This document shows positions 12,401 through 23,580 of a stretch of 64,000 nt of DNA, in pieces (the stretch's first letter is position 1; each line of letters begins with the position of its first letter). The notes under the pieces were generated by a model that saw only the letters and a program-made list of their open reading frames with translations, had not been told where the DNA came from and ran no database searches. Made by a program: the position numbers and the translations under genes. Source of the DNA: Octopus bimaculoides (Eukaryota); contig NC_068981.1 in NCBI RefSeq assembly GCF_001194135.2, positions 65,187,795 to 65,251,794 on the forward strand, read 5' to 3'.

Positions 12401-15400
12401 AATTTTTTTGCAACTTATTTATTATTATTATTTTTTTGCAAGGTGGGGCATAAAATTTCTAATGGATGACCAAAATATGACTTTTCTAAAATAAACTGAG
12501 CAGAAAAAAAACTAAAACCAAAAGAAATTTTTAAAATCATAAATGGAATTCAGACTTATATAAAAATGTTTTAAAATCTGAAAGTCAAATTCAAATTATT
12601 AATATTTACATGCTGAAATATTTCCTTATGTGTTTTGAACATAAAACCAAAATTAGTCGGTCTTTTATATCCTGATCCCTGATATAAAAACAGTTGATCA
12701 CTACCACCATCACCATCACAACTATAACAACTTTCTTCTTTTCAGGTTATTAGTTTTAGATTTACCAAAATCAAAAGGAATAAGAAAATAAGTGGTAAAG
12801 TTAAATCTGAACATATTTAGCCTACCTCAGATAATTCAAATTTGGAAAGAGTGGTGATACACACTTTATCACCAACTAATAACAGCTTGGGAAAATGAAT
12901 TCTGAAATTTATATCTAAGTCTCTTTACATTGGTGAAGAAGGGGAGACCTTTTGGTAGAAATACCTCTAGTACTAACCAGTTTCCCCTTACCTTCAGGAC
13001 AGTTAACCTCATTCTGTTTTTATTAATATAACATAGTGGGTTTAAGAACAGTGGTCCTAATTGAGTTCCAGACAGAATGCCTTAGCCTATTCAGTTATGA
13101 CCCTTTATGCCTGAGTTTAGATCCCCCATTTTTCCTTTAATCCTTATGGGTCATTAAAAGAAAATACCAGTAAAGAACAGGATTCAGTTTAATTGTTCCC
13201 TTCCTCATAATTTGTGGCCAAGTGCTAATATGAGAAATCATTATCATAATTCAAGGGAAGGCAGCAAGCTAGCAGAATTGTTAGCACGATAGGCAAAATG
13301 CTAAGTGACATTTCATCTGTCTCCATGTTCTGAGTTCAAATTCCGCCAAGGTCCACCTTTGCCTTTCATCCTTTCAGGGCCAATAAAACATGCATCAGTT
13401 TAGCACTGGGGTCAATGTAGTCAACTAACACCCTCTCCCAAAATTTCAGGCCTTATGCCAAAATTTGAAACCATTATTATAATCCAAGGGATCAGTATAC
13501 ACGTAAATGTGTATATACCAGAGTTATCACATAATTGTGAAACAAGGTGGAAAAAATAGTACTCAAATATTGGAGGTAGAGTAATATGCTTTATTAATAA
13601 AGCTGCAATGACATCATAAAAACTGTTACTCAGAGTTTCATGTTCCTGTTCATCGGACAGTTTCGGATGATTCTCTGGGAACTTGAAACACTGAGTAACA
13701 GTTTCTGTGATGTTTTGCAGCTTTATTAATAAATGTACATAAATATATATAAATATATAAAATAACGAGCTACACCTCATTTCTTACAGCCCTATTCCAC
13801 CCAACCAAGTAGAATATGATGCCATATAAGGTAAGATATTACTAGAAAAAGACAATCATTTTATTTCTTGATAAAATTAATAAATGAAAATAAATAAAAT
13901 TTACAGTTCAGCTATTGTTAACTTCGCATGGAAGCTAACAGAGTCTAATTAGTCTAAATGGTAAACTGTATACTGGTCCAGCTTATTCAGTAAAGAATAC
14001 CAATATAGGTATACAGCTGAGAATGAGGACCAAAAGAATACCAAAGAGAAGAAAAGGAGGAGGTGATGGTAATGGTGGTGATGATGGTGATGATGAGCAT
14101 GAATTTGTTTAATTGGGTATAACACTCCAGCGATTCTTTTGGAAGAGAACATGGTAAAATACTGGGACTAAGCTCTGTTTGAAGCAAATATCTTTCTGAT
14201 ATCTCTAGAACAACATTTTTCTTTATTGTATTATTTGATTTTCATTAAATTTTAAAACTCTTATCATCATCATCATCATAATTCATACCACCACTATCGT
14301 CACCATGACTACCACCATCATTATTGTGGTTGCCATTGCCATCCTCATCACCACCACCACCATCATCATAATCTGCCACTGTCTCCAGTTCCTCATCATC
14401 ATCATTGTCATCAGCATCACCTTTATCTATAAAACACTGGATTCAGCTGGACAGTCTTCAATATAGTGTATCCCTATGCCTCTTGATCCTCTGTTAGCCC
14501 ATCTTTCTCTTAATTGTTTTGTTTTTTTTTCTCTCTCTGTGTTTATTCTAAGAACAACCATAGTTAAATGCTCCTTCCATCCCTAGTTTACACTCTGAGT
14601 TCAATTTCTGCCAATGTCAACTTTGCCTTTTGTCTTTCTGGGGTCAATAAAATAAGTATCAGATGAGCACAGGGGTTGATGTAATTGATTTACTCAGTTC
14701 CCTGAAATTACTGGCCTTGTGCCAAAATCCAAAACTATCATATATCATCATCATCATCATCATCATTTTAACATCCACTTTTCTTTCTATGTTTACATGT
14801 TTCATACCATGTTTCATACCAAGCAAGAGTAATGTTTCCCCATAGCCAGAATGTTTATGCAGGATATTGGATATGAATGACACTGCTTTTATGACAGTGA
14901 TACTCATTTACAGAAATCATACTATGTCAAGATGGGAAACATAAATATACAGACATTTACACACGTGTACATGTACACCATATTTTAACACATATAAGGA
15001 ACCCCCTAGTTTTGGGGGCTTAAAATTTAGAAAAAAAGGTTTCGTAAGGGATTATAATATTATCCATGTGCAAGAAACTCCCATATTTTTTAGCCTAATT
15101 TTTGACAAAAAAAAGGGTTCCTTATACATAGAAACTATGCCAAAGCAGACAGTGGAGCCTGGTACAGCCCTCCAGCTTGCCAGTTTCTGTCAAATCATCC
15201 AACCCATACCAACAATATATGCTGGCATGGACTAGGCAGGCCATCTTAGTCAAAGTCAGTTCTTATTTGGCATCACTGCTGTCTTGCTAATTACATTTCA
15301 TGTATTATTTATTTGCTTATTTATCATTTATTTATATATTTATTTTCAGTGATGATTTTGACTATGCTGCATTTAAAAGGGAATTGAGCAGAACTCTAAT

Positions 15401-15419
15401 GAATGAAGACTCTGATTGA
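1052..15419 (+). CDS. Sorting nexin 10/11-like PX-domain protein, 5'-partial; join(1052-1138,6798-6901,10586-10684,11962-12120,15350-15419); 172 aa in window
   Basis: Spliced translation DRADFLVTNPKTVYKNNRPLYTRYEIITN-NASSAFPLRSSRGVYRSFKEFKWLRRTLRWEYLTS-NIPVLPSNYWFKRNYNPSVVASRLVPLKNFLNE-CIKDKKIVSDVAFHLFVQSDLTIQDITRQRKG...DDDFDYAAFKRELSRTLMNEDSD* aligns by eye to the SNX10/11 PX domain (VRRRYREFVWLR; LLSDSQLHLFLQSQL). All introns are GT-AG with matching phases. No start exon found in the window. Confidence 0.85.
1993..2048 (-). mobile_element. Tc1 element 3' terminal inverted repeat
   Basis: TA|CAGGGGTTGGACAAAATAATGGAAACAC is a typical Tc1 terminus; it joins the transposase stop at 4316. Confidence 0.7.
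2049..4315 (+). mobile_element. Internally deleted RTE-clade LINE (APE endonuclease fragment 2942-3550, RT fragment ~3552-3690, repeat-bearing 3'UTR, (GAT)n tail)
   Basis: ORF with CCIQEVRW, SAYAPQ, AGDFNGHVG; then KGMKTGKAPG; tail gatgatgat. The 5' boundary is inferred from a TAA duplication. Confidence 0.85.
4316..4740 (-). mobile_element. Tc1-family transposase C-terminal fragment
   Basis: FQDDNA...WPPQSPDLNIVEHSW...KSGPT motifs (DD34E family). Confidence 0.9.
4968..5517. other. Assembly gap (other gaps: 9456-9744, 23417-23539, 26779-27020, 39678-39687, 58100-58656)
   Basis: Runs of N, mostly flanked by microsatellites. Confidence 1.
6798..6901 (+). CDS. SNX10/11-like exon (PX beta3-alpha1)
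   Basis: tttcccag|AATGCA...ACCTC|gtatgc; 104 bp; NASSAFPLRSSRGVYRSFKEFKWLRRTLRWEYLT. Confidence 0.88.
7115..7531 (-). mobile_element. tRNA-derived SINE family A (other copies ~21200-21375 tail, 27238-27420, 28776-29182, 29755-30170 on +; 53545-53935, 55925-56311 on -)
   Basis: Shared head ggctgtgtggtaag...ggttccaggttca (Pol III B-box-like), internal microsatellite, shared tail cagcatggccacagtcaaatgactgaaacaagtaaaaga. Confidence 0.8.
10586..10684 (+). CDS. SNX10/11-like exon (proline-rich loop, alpha2)
   Basis: ttatttcag|CAATATC...AATGA|gtaggt; 99 bp, phase 2/2; NIPVLPSNYWFKRNYNPSVVASRLVPLKNFLN. Confidence 0.85.
   Translation, partial: QYPCPSIKLLVQKKLQSKCCCFQTGSTKKLPK
11962..12120 (+). CDS. 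SNX10/11-like exon (alpha3 and extended PX region)
   Basis: ctttacag|ATGTATC...GATGA|gtaagt; 159 bp, phase 2/2; CIKDKKIVSDVAFHLFVQSDLTIQDITRQRKGQTHHSYLPCLWNCGGKIHKD. Confidence 0.88.
13537..13735. mobile_element. Short foldback element with two head-to-head hammerhead motifs (second copy 33109-33355)
   Basis: Inverted arms; minus-strand AAACTGT-CCGATGA-ACAGGAACAT-GAAAC-TCTGA-GTA-ACAGTTT at 13620-13663. Confidence 0.7.
14980..15135. mobile_element. Small MITE-like element (possibly Tc1/pogo type)
   Basis: Inverted TATAAGGAACCC near the left end and GGGTTCCTTATA near the right end. Confidence 0.45.
15350..15419 (+). CDS. SNX10/11-like probable terminal coding exon
   Basis: tattttcag|TGATGATTTT...GATTGA; phase-2 compatible; DDFDYAAFKRELSRTLMNEDSD*; AATAAA at 15769-15774. 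No family homology recognised in this tail. Confidence 0.6.
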
Positions 15420-15911
15420 TTATGAAATTCTGAATAAGAACTGAAAAACTCCAACCAATTTCTGAAGTTACTTTGTCTGTAACTTGAGTAACTTTTGAAA
15501 AGTCTCTAATATACAAAATTTTGTTTTTACATTTATTTTCAAATGCCAAGAAAATCAGAAAAATATAATACTTTTTTCTGCCTAAGGGGTTTTTAAACCA
15601 TTATTTACACATTATTATTCATAGCATTATCTACTTCAAGTTCTACTGTTCCAATACAACACCATTTGGCAAGAAAGGTTGTAGCTAGTTCTCTTATTTA
15701 TTATCATTGTCATCATTTTCATCTTCATCGTTCTCATTTTCATTTATAATACGAGTAAAACACAAGAAAATAAAAATAGTAGGAAATTAGTTTACAACAG
15801 TGTTACTCTTTGAGCAGTATTATGACAATTTAGTTTTCACTTCAAATATTAATGTCTTGTATACAAAATTCATGGAATACCACACAAGATATTCATTTAC
15901 TAAACTCTTTA

Positions 15912-16121
15912 CCCTTTAGCATTTAAACCAACCAAAATATTCTACCTGTTTTATGCTTAAACTAACCAGATCCTGCCTCTCACACCTACCCTATGACACC
16001 ATTCTAAAAATAAACAATCACATCACCATAATCTCAAAACTATAAGATAATGCATAATTAACTCAAAACAATGTGAGTAAATAAGCATTTCATTTGACCG
16101 AGTAATCTGAATGCTAACGAG
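15912..16121 (+). mobile_element. piggyBac-type MITE family D
   Basis: CCCTTTAGCATT...AATGCTAACGAG|TTAA; ~210 bp family also at 16173-16392 (inverted), 31349-32065 and 59250-59972 (both split). Confidence 0.75.
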
Positions 16122-16172
16122 TTAAAATGTAAAAATATTTTTCTTATTTATAACATTAAAGATTCACCTTAG

Positions 16173-16392
16173 CCCCTTAGCATTAAAATTACTCTGTCAA
16201 ATGTAAAGCTTATTTATTCATATCATTTTGAATTAATCATGTATTATTTCACAGCTTTGAGATTTTGATGATGCTATTATCTATATTTAGAATGATATTG
16301 TAGGATAGGTGTGAGAGGCTAGATCTGGCCAATCTGAATATAAAACAGGAGGCGTATTTGAGCCAGATATGACTGGTTTAAATGCTAAAGGG
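16173..16392 (-). mobile_element. piggyBac-type MITE family D (inverted neighbour)
   Basis: Reverse-complement copy ending AATGCTAAAGGG|TTAA. Confidence 0.75.
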
Positions 16393-17019
16393 TTAAAATA
16401 TTCTTAGTCTCGCAAAAATCATAATAATAGGGCTGTGTATCAAATAGTTCAGCAAGTAATGAGGTGGCAACTCAGGGATATACTCCATAAATTTATTGTC
16501 TCAGGGTGGTTCAGGCTGAAGTGCAACTGACATGTGACTTGTTGAAGTTATGATAGGTTATTAATACAATATGAACATTTCTTGCTGTAGTTGGTCCTGG
16601 CTTTTATCCTTCTCGGTTGGGAATCAATATAATAAAGTAACATTTGAATACCACGGATGATCTAATTGGCGTTTAGACAGCCTCCTATAAAATGGGGTAA
16701 AAGTTAAGGCTTTGTGCCTGTGTTTGAAATCAACATAGCATGAATATATCAACAATCTTTTATACACTGAAATGTTTGGTAAACCATGCTGAGAAAAGTT
16801 CTCTAAAAATATGCCAGTGACTGTATTGTATAGACTGTTTGTTAGTAGTACTAGCTTTTTGATAAGTTTGGTGAGTCATATGTGAGATGAGTGAGCCAAT
16901 GAACCTGTAAAACATGTGACTGTTGTTATCTGGTGTTGTGCTGCAGATACTTGAGGCTATAAAACTACAATATTATTATTTCTGCTGAAAGATTACATTC
17001 ACACAACTGCTGACATTAA

Positions 17020-17266
17020 CCCATTCATGCCGAAATTTTTCTAGCTAATGAAATTGCCTGAAAATTCACAGATACTATTATTTTGACCTAAATAACAACA
17101 TTGGAAAAAATTTCATTGAAGTCTGTTCGATACAGACTGCATATGCATTAAGAACATGTTTCGTTCTTTGATACAGATCATACACAAATCCCAATTTGTA
17201 ACAAGTATTTGTTTTATACCCTTATAAATTAAGTGTCAGTTTAAACGGATGATTGACATGAATGGG
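17020..17266. mobile_element. piggyBac-type MITE, second family
   Basis: TTAA|CCCATTCATG...CATGAATGGG|TTAA; perfect TSD and 10-bp perfect TIR. Confidence 0.85.
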
Positions 17267-18479
17267 TTAATAGCAATAGCCCTTTTCAAACCTTTCAATG
17301 TCTCTTGTTGCAGCTGATTATATTAAAAGATTAAGAGGGACAATTTAATGTAAACATTTCTCACCCAAATGTAGCATTGAGAAATAGACATTTAACTGGA
17401 GGTAATGATGTTCAAGATCGTGATCATGACAATGATGATGATGATGAAGATGAAGATGATGATGATGACGATGACAATGATGATGATATCAGTAGCATAT
17501 GGTGATTATTGTCATAAGGTATGCACTGTGCTGCTATAATGAACCTATTACTCTACTATATATCTATATATAAATATATATATATATATATACAAATATA
17601 ACTTAAACATGATTTTAAACTTATTTTTGTGTATGTATTATGAGATTTAGACACAGATCACAATCAGGTATTGCAAGAACAGAGTTATTGTAAAGAAAAT
17701 CAGTTTCAGTTTAAGAATTTCCAATGAATTTATATTCAGAACTCAATGATCACAAGATGTGTGCTTGTGGAATGTTGCTCACACTCAGTCCTTGCTTTTT
17801 TCACTCTCGCATAATCTTACCATCAGCCAGTGCCACGTTATAATACAACAGTAGGATGTGCACTGCTGTCTCAATATTTCATAAGAAAGCAAATAAAATA
17901 TAGTTTTCCATTATAATCAATGGTTATATTATTTAGTGAGCTAAATATTTATGGTAGGTGTGATACCTACACCAAGCATATCTTGATTCTATGTCCCTTG
18001 GTTAATATGTATATCTCAATGTTTAAATATTATCAAACACATTTTTATAATAAAATATTTAATTACTATATTTTCTTGTGATATTCTTTGTTTCCTACGT
18101 TTCCTGGTTACAAAAAAAAAAATGAAATAAAAATGTCACTGCAAAGATAACCGTTCTCTAACCATATTTCTATTAAAATGCACTGTTTATATTTCTCAAT
18201 TAATTTTGAAAATAATCAAGAATTAGGAAGTATTTAGCAAAATAACTGACATCTTCATTATTATGATGCTTGTTTCATAACATAATTAAATGTTCTTAGA
18301 TAGAATTATGGTTTATATTTTTGATATAAACACTTCAGAAACAGATTTTATACCATAGACTCAAACAGGTGAAATATTTTTAGTATGGCTTAAAGGAAGA
18401 AAGGCAGTAGCTATAACCTTTGTAGGATCTCCACATCTCATAGAAGAAAGAGGTCAAAAACTATGACCCATGAGTTGGT

Positions 18480-19150
18480 GCTGTCAGAAGTCACATACAT
18501 GAAGATATAAAGATATGTACACTCCAGAAACCTGACCCAGATTCTTACTACACACCAAGATCTTTCATCCAATTCAGATGTCTCTACAAATACAACTAGA
18601 AGCTTCTTCTCCCTAATCAGAAAGCACTTCCCAAACACCAGAAGGTACTACAAATTTTTTAATGTTCACAACATTAAAGTTTGCTACTCCTGCCTAAATA
18701 ATATTGTTTCTAGCATTGCCTACCACAACAGAGTACACAGACATTTATGCTGATCCTATATTATGGCCCACTCAGCAATTGTCAATATTCCACTAAATGT
18801 CTATTGGGTAGATCCTGCCTCTCCAAGATTGTGGGATATAGAGCTGACCTTTCATCACCCAATGGTATCAGGAGAAATTATATAGGCCTCACCTTCAATG
18901 ACTTTCACAGCACATGCACTCCTTCAGATGCAGGCAAATCTCAACCTTTCTGTCTTAATTCAAATGGAGACTTTAAGACTAAGGAAACGACTTCCCCAAT
19001 AGCATATAGAACAGCCTTGACAGGGCTTGTTTAATTACCTAGTGCACATAATTCCCAACTCTTCCTCCATGAGAAGCTGCATATATTGCAACAGTCAACA
19101 GTGTCCATCAAAAGGAAAACTGACCTATTATGTTTGTTGCTATCTAAGAA
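18480..19150 (+). mobile_element. Degenerate Penelope-like retroelement (linker and GIY-YIG region)
   Basis: Broken translation TNTTRSFFSLIRKHFP...FNVHNIKVCYSCLNN...CLLGRSCLSKIVGYRA...YIGLT. Confidence 0.7.
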
Positions 19151-21156
19151 ATATCATGTTAATTAAATTCAAATCATTGGTTGTTAGTACAGCTGAAATA
19201 CCACCATAACTCTGTCTGACCCATATGTAAACATAGAAGGTATTATCCCTACTTGCGAATGGTCATATTGTTTCCTCTGCATAATCTTCAGTGTTATTTA
19301 CCATTTCTTGTACATAACAACAAAAGCAGTCACATAATATACCAAGTAAACTGACAACACCTGTCTGTTAACCACACGACATGGAATGGCATTACCAAGC
19401 ATACATCTTCATCTATTATCACTGACCTGTCAACTGATAGACCAGCAGGTGCTTCTAAGCTGTCCATTCTCTCACATACAAGAACAGCAAAGAGCATCTT
19501 TTGTCACTAATCTGTCAACTGTCATATGTAACTTGAAGTAACCAGTGGAGGCCCTCAACTGCTTTCACTTTGATCTCAAGGTTTCTGATGCATTGGATAT
19601 ATAGAAATATGTCCATGAATCTTTAAGTAATGAAGGAGTGATTCAACCTGTTAATACATGTATTTAACTTCCACATATGTTGAGTGAGTAAGGCAGCAAG
19701 CTGGCAAGAATCGTTAGCACACTAGGCAAAATACTTAACAGCATTCTGTTTGTCTTTATGTTCTGAGTTCAAATTCTATCAAATTCAGCTCTACCTTTCA
19801 GCCTTTTGGGTCAATAAAATAAGTACTAGCTGGATGCTGGGGTCGATATAATCAAGTTAATCCATCTGCTGAAATTGCTGGCATTGTGCCAAAATTTGAA
19901 ACCAGTAAGTGTTGAGTGTATTAATTTTTAAAATTTGTTTGTTCATCTAAAGATAACATCTATGTATTAGGTTAGCAGACTGTCATGGCTACAGAAGATG
20001 TAAGGTTCAAGTCTCACAAGAAACCTTCAGCTTTTTTCCCAAGATTTTTAATGCAATATATTACAAACCATTATTTATAGCTGTATTCACCACAAGATAC
20101 ACCATTAAATAATTTATTTACATATTTATTGATGATTCTTCGTTTGTAATCTAAATGTAAATGAGTATGTCTAAATGTGTGTGTGTGTGTGTGTGTGTGT
20201 TGTCAACAGAATCAGCATAAGCAATTATTGGAATATTTGTTCTAGTGATTTCATAAGAATAAATTTCATAGCCTGGAAAGACTTGAGCAAAAGTAATTAT
20301 TTTTAAATAGATTATTCAGGAGGGTAGAATAATATCTACAGCAAAAAAAAATATGAGGAAGAAAGGAATTCCAGAGAGGGTTGGCCAAATATTTAATGCA
20401 GAATTTTGGAAGTAATACATAGCAGGAGAAACAAGTAGAATAAATTTATCAAGTGGGGCTGAATAAAGAGGGAAAGCAAATAGTTTGTTCTGAAGAGCAG
20501 AGGTTATGGTCATAATAGTAGAAGTAGGGATAAGGTGTAGCACATTTGTTGTAGGCATATAGGTGGGGGAATTTTTGTTAATCAATCAAATGATGTTTTG
20601 ACGGTAGTTTAGGTCATTATTACATGTAGCAATAGCACCACCTGGGACAAAAATTTTAATATTGCAAAGCTAAAACTAATTATCATCTTACTGTCTACTA
20701 TCTGTCTCACCTCACTTCCCAGACTAATGAGACAGTATAGTCAACAATATCATAAATCTCTGCTTGCATTCTTAATTCAAATCCTGTCTTTCTAATTTGC
20801 ATTCTGAATTCAATAAAACAAATATCAGTAGAGAAAATAGGTATTGCAGTTGATGTCATCATCTCTGTACTACAACACAATGTACCACACGAGTAAGTAG
20901 ATATTAAAGATAAATAAAACTGAAAATGTCACTTTTAAAAAAAAATTGGGTGTTTTAATTAATTTACGTTACATGTTTCGGGTTTTTTGAAAAACCTTAT
21001 CAAAAATGAGTATAAAATATGCGAGAAGATCTATCTATCTCTCTCTCACACAAACACTCTCTCTTTCTCCCCATCTCTCTCTCTCACACACAAACACTCC
21101 CTCTTTCTCCCTATCTATCTATCTTCACACAAACACCCCCTTTCTCCCAATCTATT

Positions 21157-21200
<44 letters not shown>

Positions 21201-21420
21201 TTGACAACCTGTGTTGGTTTGTTTACATCCCCATAAGACAGCCGTTCTGCAAAAGAGACTGATGGAATAAATAGTAGACTTTAAAAAAATAAGTACTTGG
21301 GTTGATTTATTCAACTAAAACCCTTCAAAGCAGTGCCACAGTATGGCCGCAATTCAATGACTGATGAAAAGAATATAACACAGATTGAAAAATGTTATAA
21401 ATATATATATACAAATTTAT

Positions 21421-21719
21421 TTAAGTTTTTACAACATCAGGTTCTGGCAGGTATGAATTGTCGTTTTCTTCTGTAGCTGGATCAACAAGTAATGTTGGAG
21501 TAATCAACTTGTCAGGTGTTGTTAATTTTCGACAAATTCTGATGTTTTCTAGTATGTCAGGAATAGTCCAAAACTTCCGAAGCAGAGCATGTTCTAAGGT
21601 AAAATAACCATTGCGAATGCAACGTATTTGGGTGCATATGGCACCAGATTTCAACTGTAAGCCAATATTATGTATTAGTGACATCAAATATGTTGTTTTT
21701 TCATTCAGGGTATGAATTT
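21421..21719 (-). CDS. TRUB2: TRUB2 last coding exon
   Basis: Acceptor tctatttcag at 21720+; EIHTLNEKTTYLMSLIHNIGLQLKSG...VVKT*; TAA at 21421-21423. Confidence 0.95.
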
Positions 21720-23539
21720 CTGAAATAGAAATACAAAAAGCTGGTTAAAGAATTCTTTTGATTGGAAGAAAAAGAATTGTTGTTGTTATTGTTGGAAGCC
21801 AAAACAACTAGTTGGCAGAACTGTTAGTATGTCAGACAACATGCTAAGCAACACTTCTTCCATCTTTATGTTCTGAGTTCAAATCCTGCCAAGATTAGTT
21901 TGCCTTTCATATTTTCAGAGTTGATGAGATTGAAATAGGTACCACTGAGCATTGGAGTTAATGTAATCAACTAGCCCCCTCTCCCAAATTTCAGGTCTTG
22001 TGCCTAAAATAGAAAGGGTTATTGTTGGAAGCCTCTCAAGTCTATGAAGAAATCAGTATGCAATTGCATGATCTACTAGAAATAGCAGTGAAATCTCCCT
22101 CAAATTTCACTCTATGGTCTTAAAAAGGAATAAGTATTCAGTAGAACTCAGTCTTGCATATGATATGCCAGAAAGGAGAGGGGAGAATCGTGGTTATAAT
22201 ATACCAAAGGCCAAGACAAACTTTCAAATGTCCAACTAGTTATAAATAAATACCACCACGTAAAATACACCATTTTGAGCGTGGCCATCGCCAGTACCAC
22301 CTGACTGGCCCTCGTGCCGGTGGCACGTAAAAGCACCCACTACACTCTCGGAGTGGTTGGCGTTAGGAAGGACATCCAGCTGTAGAAACTCTGCCAAATC
22401 AGATTGGAGCCTGGTGTCGCCTCCTAGTCCACCAGTTCTCAGTCAAATCGTCCAACCCATGCTAGCATGGAAAGCGGACGTTAAACGACAATGATGATGA
22501 TGATGATAAAACAACATATCTTGTCAGCTGCATTAATACTGTTAAATTACTGAGTGTTTCATTAGCTTACAAATCTGAGTTCAACTCCTGCAGGAATAGG
22601 TAGTAGAGAAACAGGATGTGCTAAGCTGACTTGCTTTGCCGTAGCAATATTTATATATAAAGATGAAATTCTTATGAATTACCTTTAAAACCCAGTTGGT
22701 AATGGCATTCACCATCAACGTGTGGAGTCAACAGTTGCAACTGCTTGAAGAATTGATAGCTAAAATCTTGGTGTTGGACTATATCCTTTGCAAAGAGAAC
22801 TCTAAATAGTGAAGTGCACGAGTTTAAATCTTTACAAAGAGATAGTGTAATTTATCATAAAAGTAGATGATTTGTTGAATGCCTGAATATCTGAGTCATC
22901 ATCATCATTATCATTTATGCTGGCATGGTAGGACATGTTTAAGAGGAGATGGCAAGGCAAAAGACTGCACTGAGCTCCACTGTCTACTTTAGCATGGTTT
23001 CTACAGTTGGATGCCAACCACTTTGCAGAGCATGCTGGGTGCTTTTCACCCAGCACCAGCAAGATCACCTAGTAACTCACAAGGCAAGACCACTCAAGTG
23101 AGGGAAAAGTAGTATTGAGGGAAATGGATTTTGCCAGGTAATGTGAGCTATGACAAAGAGACAGAAACAGATGTCTCATTGTGGAGGAGATATATAAAGC
23201 TACCCATGTAGTGATGCCTGAAGAAATGGTATTAAAGCAGTAAGTTATCGATAAAAAGAAATAAAGATTTTATCTAATTCTCATACAATATACATGTATA
23301 TATATATATATACACACACACATAATATCTCATTGTGGAGGAGATATATAAAGCTACCCATGTAGTGATGCCTGAAGAAATGGTATTAAAGCAGTAAGTT
23401 ATCGATAAAAAGAAATNNNNNNNNNNNNNNNNNNNNNNNNNNNNNNNNNNNNNNNNNNNNNNNNNNNNNNNNNNNNNNNNNNNNNNNNNNNNNNNNNNNN
23501 NNNNNNNNNNNNNNNNNNNNNNNNNNNNNNNNNNNNNNN

Positions 23540-23580
<41 letters not shown>

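Noticed and set aside
17334-17518. Acidic poly-Asp reading frame between an acceptor-like and a donor-like site
   Set aside because: It is a (GAT)n simple repeat; every frame from the acceptor hits a stop and I recognise no homology. A non-coding exon cannot be excluded.
19585-19625. CTGATGC...GAAATATGTC possible hammerhead remnant downstream of the Penelope fragment
   Set aside because: Core and stems I/II are too degraded to support a call.
23174-23416. ~90-bp direct duplication (23174-23262 and 23329-23416)
   Set aside because: The second copy ends exactly at an N-gap, which is typical of a contig-end overlap artefact.
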